Shown here: piece after piece, positions 19,383-28,789 of the stretch
Layout: each line of letters opens with the position of its first letter
How positions within the stretch are numbered: position 1 is the stretch's first letter
DNA from: Taibaiella sp.
GTDB lineage: Bacteria > Bacteroidota > Bacteroidia > Chitinophagales > Chitinophagaceae
DNA: 64,000 nucleotides
Direction: 5' to 3'
Assembly (NCBI GenBank): GCA_014377675.1
Contig: JACMPD010000258.1
Coordinates: forward strand, 751 to 64,750
Position numbers and translations under genes: made by a program
The notes under the pieces: generated by a model
Told to the model about the DNA's origin: nothing
The model's database searches: none
What the model saw: the letters and a program-made list of their open reading frames with translations, nothing else

Positions 19383-20323
19383 TGAGTAATAAAACATTAT
19401 ATAGAAACCTATGCGAGACCCGGCAGGAGATACCTGTTTTTGCGCAGGCATGGTGGCTTGATCTTGTTTGCGATGAATGGGATGCGGTGCTGGCTTATAA
19501 GGGAGATAATATTACCGGTGCATGGGCATACCCTGTAGAACAACGCCTGGGCGTTGGCATATTGCGCACACCGCGCCTTACGCCCTACCTGGGGCCGCAG
19601 GTCTTTTTTCCACCTGATATGAAAGCCGCCAACAGAGACAGCCACGAAAACAGCGTGGTAGCGGAGCTGATGCGCCAGATGCCGGCCACCCCGGTGTGGA
19701 ACATTGCCCTGCAGCCGTGCATGAAGCAGGCCGGGATTTTTAAAAAATACGGGCTCGCTCTTACCGTACAACAGACCTTCCTTATTGACTTAGCTATGGC
19801 TGAAAGTGACCTGCTAGCAAATATGAAAGATACGGTACGCAAAAATATAAGGCAGGGCGAAAACGAGTTGACCATTACTGATGAGCCTGGTTGCATAGAT
19901 ATTCTTTTTGAGTACCACCGGCGCACGCTTTCCGCTAAAGAGAAGAAGATAGGGCATACGCCCGCGGAGCTTAAAAGTGTAATGGATGGTTGTATTAAAA
20001 ATAATTCCGGAAGTCTATGGGTAGCGCGCAACGGTACTACTACAGAGGCGTTAGTTTGGCAGGTATGGGATAAAAACCACAGCTATTATTTTATGGGAGC
20101 TCAAAACCCCGAAACTAATGGCTACAAAGCGATGACACAGCTATTGTGGCACTGCCTGAAAACAGCGAAGAAAAAAGGCATTGGTACTTTTGACCTGGAG
20201 GGAAGTATGGATGAGGGAGTAGAACGCTTCTTCCGGAGTTTCGGCGCCCGGCGGGAACTATTCATGGTGCTGCAACGCAACGACTCAGGTCTATGGAAAT
20301 TAAAAAAGGCTGTAATGGGGTAG
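19382..20323 (+). CDS. GNAT family N-acetyltransferase (FemAB-like)
   Basis: FAQAWWLD, TPYLGP, FDLEGSM..GVERFFRSFGA; TAATG overlap with the upstream permease. Confidence 0.8.
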   Translation: MSNKTLYRNLCETRQEIPVFAQAWWLDLVCDEWDAVLAYKGDNITGAWAYPVEQRLGVGILRTPRLTPYLGPQVFFPPDMKAANRDSHENSVVAELMRQMPATPVWNIALQPCMKQAGIFKKYGLALTVQQTFLIDLAMAESDLLANMKDTVRKNIRQGENELTITDEPGCIDILFEYHRRTLSAKEKKIGHTPAELKSVMDGCIKNNSGSLWVARNGTTTEALVWQVWDKNHSYYFMGAQNPETNGYKAMTQLLWHCLKTAKKKGIGTFDLEGSMDEGVERFFRSFGARRELFMVLQRNDSGLWKLKKAVMG

Positions 20324-20460
20324 CGGTATTGCTTCATGTTAATAATGACGGAAGCAGAGCGGCCTTTTTATACATTTAGCCGCACTGAATTGTAGTATGA
20401 ACGCTAAAATTGTTGAAAAAATAATTATCTTGCAATCAATAAAGAAATACTCCCTTTTTT

Positions 20461-21639
20461 ATGTTTAAATATTCAGTAAAATTTTTGCAGGTATTGTGTC
20501 TCCTGTCGGTGGTTTTTGCGTCATGCTCCAAAAAATATAGTTCTGATGACAGCCTCGCCCCTCAATACTCACCCTCGGTAATAATGGGAAGTAATAATCG
20601 TATTTTGTACGCTTACGCACCGTCAACAGGCAAGAAGAACTGGGAAACCAGTTTTCCTTCGTCAATATTCGCCTGTCCTATGGTCTATTATAACAGGGTA
20701 TATGTGGCTGTGGCCAATACGCTTTCATTTGGAGGTATGTATGATACGCTGTACAAGCTCAATTCATCAACAGGTAAGCTTGTTAAAAAGATGACCATAC
20801 TTGGCGCGGCTCCCTTCAGCCTGAAGGCTACCCCAATAGCTGAGGGTAAATTGATATACCTTGCCACAAGTGTTGATTCTGTTTACGCAATTGATACGGG
20901 TACCGGTGCCGTTACCTGGCGTGCAGGCACCGACGGGCCTATTGAATCTTCTCCCGCAATTTATGATAGTTTTATTTATGTGGCCACAACTGCGGGCAGC
21001 GTTTATTGCATTGATAAGCTAACGGGTGCGCGGCATTGGGTCTACAGCGCGGGTGCCGGCAAGTCGTTCACCTCTTCGCCTTCGTTAAGCGTTCCTAACT
21101 TGTATGTGGGTTGCAGTGACAGTGCGGTTTATTGCATAAAACTTAAAAGCACTACAAGCACAGGTGTTTTAAACTGGATATATAAAACAAACGGCCCCGT
21201 AACAAGCTCACCCGCGGTTACCGGTGGCAAGTGTATTTTCGGCTGTAAAGATTATTATGTTTACTCGGTAGATGTAATCAGCGGCGGGCTTAATCAGAAA
21301 TTCCGTACAGCCACTGATGTCACTTCTTCTCCTGTTGTAAGTGCAGCGAAAGATGTAGTATACATAGGCGGATATGACCATATTCTTTACGCTTTGAATG
21401 TGCTTGATCTTACAGTAAGGTGGAAATACCCGACAAGCGGCCTTATCAAATCAAGTCCCTTATTATACAAAGGTATGGTATACATTGGCAGCTATGACCA
21501 TGCGTTTTATGCTATTGACGCGCTGACAGGTACGCTTAAATGGACAACTACCATAGAAGGTGATATGGAATGCTCGCCGGCAATAGAAGACTACTCACAT
21601 ATGCAATACAACAGCCAGGTGAGCGGCTTTACTAATTAA
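20461..21639 (+). CDS. PQQ-like beta-propeller repeat lipoprotein (BamB-like fold)
   Basis: Lipobox FASC; repeated 'SSP...vYiGs.D..vYAlD..tG...W' blades. Confidence 0.85.
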   Translation: MFKYSVKFLQVLCLLSVVFASCSKKYSSDDSLAPQYSPSVIMGSNNRILYAYAPSTGKKNWETSFPSSIFACPMVYYNRVYVAVANTLSFGGMYDTLYKLNSSTGKLVKKMTILGAAPFSLKATPIAEGKLIYLATSVDSVYAIDTGTGAVTWRAGTDGPIESSPAIYDSFIYVATTAGSVYCIDKLTGARHWVYSAGAGKSFTSSPSLSVPNLYVGCSDSAVYCIKLKSTTSTGVLNWIYKTNGPVTSSPAVTGGKCIFGCKDYYVYSVDVISGGLNQKFRTATDVTSSPVVSAAKDVVYIGGYDHILYALNVLDLTVRWKYPTSGLIKSSPLLYKGMVYIGSYDHAFYAIDALTGTLKWTTTIEGDMECSPAIEDYSHMQYNSQVSGFTN

Positions 21640-21656
21640 TAACAGAGACCAATTGC

Positions 21657-21689
21657 AATCCCGGTGCTACTTCCCGGGATTTCTTTTTT
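21657..21689 (+). terminator. Rho-independent terminator
   Basis: AATCCCGG...CCGGGATT hairpin plus T tract. Confidence 0.7.
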
Positions 21690-21872
21690 AACGGATGACA
21701 CAATATGAGTCTGCTAAATGACCACAACAATTGCCATTAAACCAGCCACCTTATTGGTAATTAATGCGTTGGATTTGAGTTGCATAAAAATATATACGTA
21801 CATTGGCTACCTGCGAATGAAAAAACAGGCGTATATTTTCCGTCAATTTACAGTAACCATTTAATTCTTTTT

Positions 21873-22277
21873 ATGTTGAGACCTGTGGTATTAATAATTG
21901 AAGATGATCCTATTGCCCGGTTTGTATTTAAGAAACTGATAAAAAGGATAGAGCTTACTGCCCATGAAGCCATCAACGGGCAGGATGCGCTCAACATTAT
22001 TGACAAAAACAAAGAAATAACACATGTGTTTCTTGATCTGAATATGCCGGTAATGGACGGTTATGGTTTTTTACATTTTTTAAACTCAGCCGGTAATCAT
22101 AGTAACCTGAATATATTCATAACATCAATAACTGATGAGAGTGAGTTTGTGAGCACTACCCGGAAGAGAAACATACAGATTAATAATGTAAAAGGCTATA
22201 ACAAAAAGCCATTCGACATGGCTCAGCTGACAAAAACCTTGTTGAAAGAAGACTATATTCCTATAGTTGGCTATTAA
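21873..22277 (+). CDS. stand-alone response regulator receiver protein
   Basis: IIEDD, FLDLNMPVMDG, ITS, KKP motifs; no output domain. Confidence 0.88.
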   Translation: MLRPVVLIIEDDPIARFVFKKLIKRIELTAHEAINGQDALNIIDKNKEITHVFLDLNMPVMDGYGFLHFLNSAGNHSNLNIFITSITDESEFVSTTRKRNIQINNVKGYNKKPFDMAQLTKTLLKEDYIPIVGY

Positions 22278-22296
22278 CCATGTAGCAATTGTATAG

Positions 22297-23382
22297 ATGA
22301 ATAAAGAAAAGGCACTCGTTATTGTTGAAGATAAAGGTACCAGAAATGCCATAAAGATACTATTGGAGCTCAATGGTGTTGATGTGGTGAGTACCGATGG
22401 CGCGGCACAGGCAGCGAGGAGATGCAATACCGAACAGTTTGATATTATACTTTGCGATATGGTGGTAGCCATGCCAGAAGGGAACGATATCCTTCGGGTT
22501 TTCAAAGACAGCGCAAGGCATTATAAGACACCATTCCTTGTTTTATCACAATCAGCTGATGAAAAGGACTATAGGGAAGCGCGAAACCTTGGTGCTAATG
22601 ATTTTATTCCCGTGCCCTTTTCCGGCAAACTTTTGAGTACTACGGTTAAGGCGCAGCTCGAGCTCAGCAAACGACTAAACAGAATTTTAAGAAGCGAGAT
22701 AAATGACCAGGTTTTTGCGCTGCTGAATAAAAATTTTAACCAAGAGCTGTTGACTCCGCTTAATGGTATTTTAAATGTAACAGCACTCATCGGGAGCATA
22801 CCCGGCGTGGAAGATATTGACAGCCTGCCTGATTTGCTCGGTGTCATTTATGCTTCATGTTTCAGAATGCAGCGCACCACGCACAATATCCGCACTTACT
22901 CCTTACTGAATACCGAAAACAAGGGAGATGCCTTCCTCACGAGTGACAATATTGTTCTTGAAAGTATACTTTCTTCGGTAATAGGTCACTATGAAAATAA
23001 TATTACATCAGGGCTGAAGGTTATTGATGCCGAAATTCTCCAGGTAGGCACATGGCAGGGGAAAGAAGAATATGTGAGAAATATTTTCACCGAACTTATT
23101 GACAACGCGGTGAAATTTACCCCCGCTGATCAACTGCCGTTAGTAACATTGCAGGCACTCAATAACAATTTTGTATTTTCGGTTACCAATGCCCTAAGTG
23201 AAAACGTTTTTTTTAATGTAAACAATATTGCCCCTTTTAAAAAATTCCACAACGATTTGTCACGGAACGGGCTTGGGTTGGGCTTGTTTGTCGTTAAGTC
23301 AATTTGCGAGGATGCAGGGTATCATTTCTTCATGACAAAAAAGGCTGGCTCTGTCACTTTTACAGTCGAATGCACGGTCTGA
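22297..23382 (+). CDS. hybrid receiver / histidine-kinase-like protein with degenerate H-box
   Basis: N-terminal REC (IVED, LCD); 'NQELLTPLNGI' H-box lacks His; ELIDNAVKF N-box; GLGLGL G2 box. Confidence 0.8.
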   Translation: MNKEKALVIVEDKGTRNAIKILLELNGVDVVSTDGAAQAARRCNTEQFDIILCDMVVAMPEGNDILRVFKDSARHYKTPFLVLSQSADEKDYREARNLGANDFIPVPFSGKLLSTTVKAQLELSKRLNRILRSEINDQVFALLNKNFNQELLTPLNGILNVTALIGSIPGVEDIDSLPDLLGVIYASCFRMQRTTHNIRTYSLLNTENKGDAFLTSDNIVLESILSSVIGHYENNITSGLKVIDAEILQVGTWQGKEEYVRNIFTELIDNAVKFTPADQLPLVTLQALNNNFVFSVTNALSENVFFNVNNIAPFKKFHNDLSRNGLGLGLFVVKSICEDAGYHFFMTKKAGSVTFTVECTV

Positions 23383-23621
23383 CCTCTTAAAGACCTCTTA
23401 TTAATTTATCTGATAATTTTATCGGATCTTCTTCCATTCACTACAATTCATTGTTTTTCAGTATTTAGTATCTGTTTTCCTGCGCCAGGCAGGGCAACTT
23501 TTCCTGCACGAAAAGTTATTGTTTCTCTATACGGGTTGATTGCAATTCATTTTAACATTTTTATAATAATCATAGGTGATAAATTTGAGGTACTAATTCA
23601 GGAAACAAAAAACAAGCACAT

Positions 23622-25088
23622 ATGAAATTAAATCTGATTCCGGTTATTATTACCGCCGCAATTACATCTGCCGCAACTTTTTTTGTAGCGGCCCGCTACC
23701 AGGGGGCAACACATTATTTCACTGAGGCGGCAAGACCAGTGCCCGTAAACTATGTCTCTTACGGTGGTGACGTTGCAGGCAGGCAGCCCGCCGCCCCAAA
23801 TTTTGAAAATGCCGCTTCCGCTTCAGTAAAGGCCGTGGTGCATATAAAAACAACTACTAAAGCAAGAACAGTTACTGATAATAATGTGAATGACGTGTAC
23901 ACCCAGCTTTTCGGGCCGCGCCAGTACTACATACCCTCTCAGGTGGAGTCTGGTTCAGGCGTTGTTATATCTCCTGACGGTTATATTGTTACCAACAACC
24001 ATGTAGTGGCTAACGGCGACGAAGTGGCTGTAACATTTAATGACCGCCTTACAGCTATAGCTAAGGTAGTGGCGAAAGACCCCTCAACAGATATAGCGCT
24101 GCTGAAGGTGGACGGAGAGTCAAACCTCTCGTACATGGAACTAGGGAATTCTGACGATGTGAAACTGGGGCAATGGGTACTGGCGGTGGGTTATCCGTTG
24201 TCACTTGATGCCACCGTTACCGCTGGTATTGTAAGTGCCAAAGGCCGCTCAATAGGCATTAACAAACAACAATCAGAGTCTGCCATTGAATCGTTTATAC
24301 AAACGGATGCCGCTGTAAACCCAGGTAACAGTGGTGGCGCGCTGGTTAATACCGCCGGGCAGCTAATAGGCATTAACTCCGCTATCGCTTCGCCAACCGG
24401 CTCTTATGCAGGCTACTCCTACGCCATACCTGTAAACATAGTGCGTAAGGTTGCAAACGATATGATGAAGTTCGGGTCAGTGCAGCGCGCATATCTGGGT
24501 ATTGAGTTCATTGATAATAAGACTGCTACCCCTGAACAAATGAAGTCTTTAGGGCTTGACCGCATTGAGGGAGTTTATGTGATGAACGCACTGCCCAATG
24601 GCGGCGCAGCGCTTGCGGGAATAAAGAAAGGCGATATTATAACCCAGGTTAACGGGCAGGCGGTGAGCAGTCAGCCACAGCTGCAGGAGCAGATGGCCCG
24701 CTACCAGCCCGGAGACAACGTGAGCGTCACCTACCTCAGAGACGGGCAACCGGGTACAGTTACTGTAAAACTGAATAAGATTGAGGCTCCTGTTACGCTG
24801 CTGGGCGCGTCTTACAGGCCGCTTACTGAAAATGAAAAAGGAGCATATAATGTACCCGGTGGTATTATGGTTACTAACCTGGGAAAAGGTTCGCTTGCCC
24901 GCCTTACGCAGATGCATAAAGGGTTTGTGATAACAGGTGTCAACGATAAACCTGTAAGCTCGGTAGCTGATCTCAGACAGATACTGGCAAGCGCTACAAA
25001 CATTCAGATACAGGGTTTTCAGCCAGGTTACCAGGGTAGATATTATTACAACATAAATAACGTGGATGCATTAAGTGACAGGCAATAG
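23622..25088 (+). CDS. degP: HtrA/DegP (Do family) serine protease with two PDZ domains
   Basis: GSGV, TNNHV (His), TDIAL (Asp), GNSGGAL (Ser), C-terminal PDZ domains. Confidence 0.92.
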   Translation: MKLNLIPVIITAAITSAATFFVAARYQGATHYFTEAARPVPVNYVSYGGDVAGRQPAAPNFENAASASVKAVVHIKTTTKARTVTDNNVNDVYTQLFGPRQYYIPSQVESGSGVVISPDGYIVTNNHVVANGDEVAVTFNDRLTAIAKVVAKDPSTDIALLKVDGESNLSYMELGNSDDVKLGQWVLAVGYPLSLDATVTAGIVSAKGRSIGINKQQSESAIESFIQTDAAVNPGNSGGALVNTAGQLIGINSAIASPTGSYAGYSYAIPVNIVRKVANDMMKFGSVQRAYLGIEFIDNKTATPEQMKSLGLDRIEGVYVMNALPNGGAALAGIKKGDIITQVNGQAVSSQPQLQEQMARYQPGDNVSVTYLRDGQPGTVTVKLNKIEAPVTLLGASYRPLTENEKGAYNVPGGIMVTNLGKGSLARLTQMHKGFVITGVNDKPVSSVADLRQILASATNIQIQGFQPGYQGRYYYNINNVDALSDRQ

Positions 25089-25109
25089 TAAGCATAATTT
25101 TTCAGCTAA

Positions 25110-25152
25110 TAATAATTAAGCCCCGCGCTGTTTGCACGGGGCTTAATTATTA
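25110..25152. terminator. bidirectional Rho-independent terminator
   Basis: TAATAATTAAGCCCCG...CGGGGCTTAATTATTA inverted repeat between convergent genes. Confidence 0.85.
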
Positions 25153-25167
25153 TATTTATTTCTCTGC

Positions 25168-25632
25168 TTATGATAATAGCTTCTGCCGGAGCAAAAATTC
25201 AAGTTGCTCGTTTGATACGCTGAGCGTCTTATTCATTTCGCGTTCTTCAATTTTTTGCTTGTAAATTTCGAAGGCTTTTATTATGGTCATATCCAGCTCT
25301 TCTTCATTCCACGGCTTACTGAGATAGTGAAATATTTTCCCTTTGTTAACGGCATCCACCACGGCATTCATATCGGCATAGCCCGTAAGCAATATCCTTA
25401 TTGGGTCAGGGTACTCACCGAGTATGTTTTCAAGAAACTCAACGCCGGTCATTTGCGGCATCCGCTGATCAGTGATGATGATATTTATGGGGTTGTCTTT
25501 TAGTACCTTAATGGCGTCTTCGCCGCTAATTGCGGTATAAATATTGTATTTTATCCTAAAAACCGCTTTAAAAGAAATTAGATTATTCTGCTCATCATCA
25601 ACATATAGTATGTTAATATCATTTATTTTCAT
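25168..25632 (-). CDS. response regulator receiver protein with short C-terminal coiled coil
   Basis: YVDDE, TDQRMP, LTGY, SKPW; no DNA-binding domain. Confidence 0.92.
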   Translation of the reverse strand: MKINDINILYVDDEQNNLISFKAVFRIKYNIYTAISGEDAIKVLKDNPINIIITDQRMPQMTGVEFLENILGEYPDPIRILLTGYADMNAVVDAVNKGKIFHYLSKPWNEEELDMTIIKAFEIYKQKIEEREMNKTLSVSNEQLEFLLRQKLLS

Positions 25633-25781
25633 CGCTGGCTGTTAAAAATATAACATAAAAATTAATTAATCGCAAGGTATGCATTAATATTGACAATTAG
25701 GTAGCTATTGTTGTATATTTATGCTTTCCTAAATTGTGCTACCGAAATAACATACTGTAAAAATATACATAAAATTATAAC

Positions 25782-28097
25782 ATGATAACCCTTAAATCAA
25801 AGCTTCATGATACTCAAACACTCAGCCAAGTGTATAAGCCGGAATTTTTCCGCATTGCCGTGGGTAAAGATAAAAAAAAGTTTGATATTCTGATACAATC
25901 ACCCCATGTTTATGTATTTGACCAGTTACAAAATCAATTAAAGGAGTTAATTAAAAGCAGGAATCCCAAAAAGAAGATTGCAGAGGGTGAATACGAAGCG
26001 CGCATTAATGAACACCTTGCAGGTTGTCCTCCTGAAGAATATGGCGTTTGGGTATACTACCCGTGGTCTGGCCGAATGATTCACATATTGGATCAGGAAG
26101 AATTTATAGATCTGCGCACATCTGCTAACCGCCACAAAATAACTACCGCCGAACGTGACCTGCTGGGGGGCAAAAAGGTAGGCGTAATAGGGCTTTCTGT
26201 CGGACAGTCCGTTTCGGTTACCCTTGCGCTCGAGCGTGGTTGCGGTGAGCTTCGCCTTGCTGACTTTGATACACTTGAACTCAACAACCTGAACCGTATA
26301 AGAACGGGAGTGCATAACCTGGGCCTTTATAAGGCGTATTCAGTTGCGCGTGAAATAGCGGAAATCGACCCCTTTTTCAACGTAGTATGCTATACGGAGG
26401 GGATACAGGATCACACCATTGACGATTTCTTTACCAAAGGCGGGCCTCTTGATGCGGTTATAGATGAATGTGACAGTGTAGACGTGAAAATATTGTGCAG
26501 GCTGAAAGCCAAGGAACTGTGCATACCTGTATTGATGGAAGCCAGTGACCGCGGTACCCTTGATATAGAGCGCTTTGACCTGGACCCGCGACGGCCAATA
26601 ATGCATGGCTGGCTGAAGCACTTGCCTATAAACCTTGAGGTACTTAAGAAATTAAATACGCCCGAAGAAAAACTCGCCTACATACTGCCTATCTCAGGCC
26701 TGGAAACGCTGTCTTCACGCATGCGGGCCTCTATGATAGAGATAGGAAATTCTATCACTACCTGGCCACAGCTGGCCACGGCAGTTACGCTTGGGGGGGC
26801 TATAACGGCCGATACGTGCAGGCGCATTTTCCTCAATCAGATTACTGACTCCGGCAGGTATTTTATAGACATGGAAAGCCTGGTTCGGGATATAAAGCCT
26901 AAAAAGGAATATGCAGCCGAGGAGAGCCTGCTGCTGGAAGAATATGAAATGCGCAGCATAGCGCTGCAGGCAATAGAAAGGCTGAAACCCACCGGTTACG
27001 AACCGGAAATGAAGAAAATAGAAAGGCTGATAGCTGCCGCTACAAAAGCGCCGTCGGCGGGTAACAGCCAGCCCTGGAAGTGGTATCTGGCTAAAGGTTG
27101 CCTATTCCTTTTCTCAGATTGTGAAATGGCTTTGCCATTTGAAGATATCAATAGTGGTGCCAGCCTGATAGCTAATGGCGCCGCGTTAGAAAACCTGGAA
27201 CTGGAAGCGAACAATGAAATGATAGATGTGAAAGTGACACTTTTGCCGCTTGCTAAAGAAAAAAAACTGGTTGCAGTTGTTCAGTTTATTCAGGGAACGA
27301 AAGTATCCGCTCCCTTACCTCACGCTGATCTTGCGAAGTATATTGATCACCGGGTAACCGTAAGGGCTGCCGGCAGCAAAGGAAACATAAGCAAAGACAA
27401 GTTTACGGCAATGAGAAAAGCTGTGGCGGGCATACCCGGAGCCACGCTTGCCATTAAAAGTAATGAGGCTGATATTGCGGCCATTGCCGCTGTCGCAGGG
27501 GTGGCGGACCGGATAAAATTATTACTTCCGGCTTCGCATTTTGAATTTTTTAATCATATAAGATGGAGCAACGATGAATGCATGAGAACCGGTGACGGCG
27601 TACATATTGACTCGCTCAGCCTTAGTGATGCTGAAATCATAGCTTTACGAATGGTGAAAAAACAAGAAGTCGTGAGGTTGCTATCTGATTGGCGGGGCGG
27701 TCAGGCCCTTGAATACTTGGCGTATAGTAAAGTAATTACGTCCTCGGCCATTGGTTTAATAACAATGCCTGATTATTCCACAATAAATTATATCTTAGCG
27801 GGCAAAGCGGTACAACGTATGTGGCTTACCGCGACCCGGCACGAAATTTCAATACAACCGCTACAGGCCGCCATAACACAGTTTACCCATCTTGATACTA
27901 ACCAGTTAAAGGATGTACCAGGATATTTAAAAGAGGCGATAGAGTTGCAAAGGAAAAATTTCAGTGCCGTATTTAAAGATGTTGACGGAGGTAAGGCAGT
28001 TTTTTTAGTAAGAATGAGTATAGCTGAAAAACCTGCCGCAATAACATATAGAAAACAAATAGAAAAAGTACTTTTTTTACCTAATATCAGACTATGA
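25782..28097 (+). CDS. ThiF adenylyltransferase-nitroreductase fusion (Rv1355c / OxzB-like)
   Basis: WVYYPW N-terminal motif; IGLSVG, LADFD, NNLNR, DECD ThiF motifs; WPQLA; C-terminal Acg-type nitroreductase APSAGNSQPW and G..VQRMWL. Confidence 0.88.
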   Translation: MITLKSKLHDTQTLSQVYKPEFFRIAVGKDKKKFDILIQSPHVYVFDQLQNQLKELIKSRNPKKKIAEGEYEARINEHLAGCPPEEYGVWVYYPWSGRMIHILDQEEFIDLRTSANRHKITTAERDLLGGKKVGVIGLSVGQSVSVTLALERGCGELRLADFDTLELNNLNRIRTGVHNLGLYKAYSVAREIAEIDPFFNVVCYTEGIQDHTIDDFFTKGGPLDAVIDECDSVDVKILCRLKAKELCIPVLMEASDRGTLDIERFDLDPRRPIMHGWLKHLPINLEVLKKLNTPEEKLAYILPISGLETLSSRMRASMIEIGNSITTWPQLATAVTLGGAITADTCRRIFLNQITDSGRYFIDMESLVRDIKPKKEYAAEESLLLEEYEMRSIALQAIERLKPTGYEPEMKKIERLIAAATKAPSAGNSQPWKWYLAKGCLFLFSDCEMALPFEDINSGASLIANGAALENLELEANNEMIDVKVTLLPLAKEKKLVAVVQFIQGTKVSAPLPHADLAKYIDHRVTVRAAGSKGNISKDKFTAMRKAVAGIPGATLAIKSNEADIAAIAAVAGVADRIKLLLPASHFEFFNHIRWSNDECMRTGDGVHIDSLSLSDAEIIALRMVKKQEVVRLLSDWRGGQALEYLAYSKVITSSAIGLITMPDYSTINYILAGKAVQRMWLTATRHEISIQPLQAAITQFTHLDTNQLKDVPGYLKEAIELQRKNFSAVFKDVDGGKAVFLVRMSIAEKPAAITYRKQIEKVLFLPNIRL

Positions 28098-28789
28098 TAC
28101 GTATCCGTGCATTTAGGGCTATGGATGAGATAGAGTCGTGTATGAAATTCGTTGAGGGACATATGAAGATCCTCAAGGTGTTTGATATTGCGATGATCAC
28201 ATCAGCAAACGTAGAGTGGTTTAATGACCCTAATACCTATGTAATAGCCGCAGAGTCAACTGAAACTGGTAAAATGTTGGGCGGAGCAAGGGTGCAGATT
28301 GCGGGTGGAAAATATCCGTTGCCCATAGAAAAAGCTGTAACTGAAATTGATGACCGGATACATGAAACCGTGAAAAATTATGCCATTGAAGGCACGGGAG
28401 AGCTGTGCGGCCTCTGGAACTCAAGGGAGATTGCCGGCCTGGGAATTGGTAGCGTGTACCTTACAAGAACCGCGGTCTGCATTGCGCCACAGCTTAAATT
28501 AAAAACCCTGTTTGCGCTTTGTGCGCCATATACGGTGGAGATGGGTGAAAAGGCCGGTTTCAGGGTAACTACATTTCTCGGTAATAACGGCACATTTTAT
28601 TACCCCAAGCAAGACCTTGTGGCAACCGGTATGCTGCTGAGTAACTGCTATACGCTTGAAACGGCGTCAGTGGAGGAGAAATACGAAATTTTATCGATCA
28701 GAAACAACCTCAAACAAATGATTGTGGCTGAAGGACGGCGGGGCCCTTTTGAATTATATTTTGACCTGGAAATAAAAAACTGTCCATGA
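28094..28789 (+). CDS. putative N-acyltransferase (GNAT fold; Rv1356c/OxzA-like)
   Basis: ATGA overlap with the ThiF fusion; 'LGGARVQ', 'LPIE', 'GELCGLWNS', 'AGLGIG', 'AGF' match the GNAT/acyl-amino-acid synthase layout. Confidence 0.6.
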   Translation: MIRIRAFRAMDEIESCMKFVEGHMKILKVFDIAMITSANVEWFNDPNTYVIAAESTETGKMLGGARVQIAGGKYPLPIEKAVTEIDDRIHETVKNYAIEGTGELCGLWNSREIAGLGIGSVYLTRTAVCIAPQLKLKTLFALCAPYTVEMGEKAGFRVTTFLGNNGTFYYPKQDLVATGMLLSNCYTLETASVEEKYEILSIRNNLKQMIVAEGRRGPFELYFDLEIKNCP

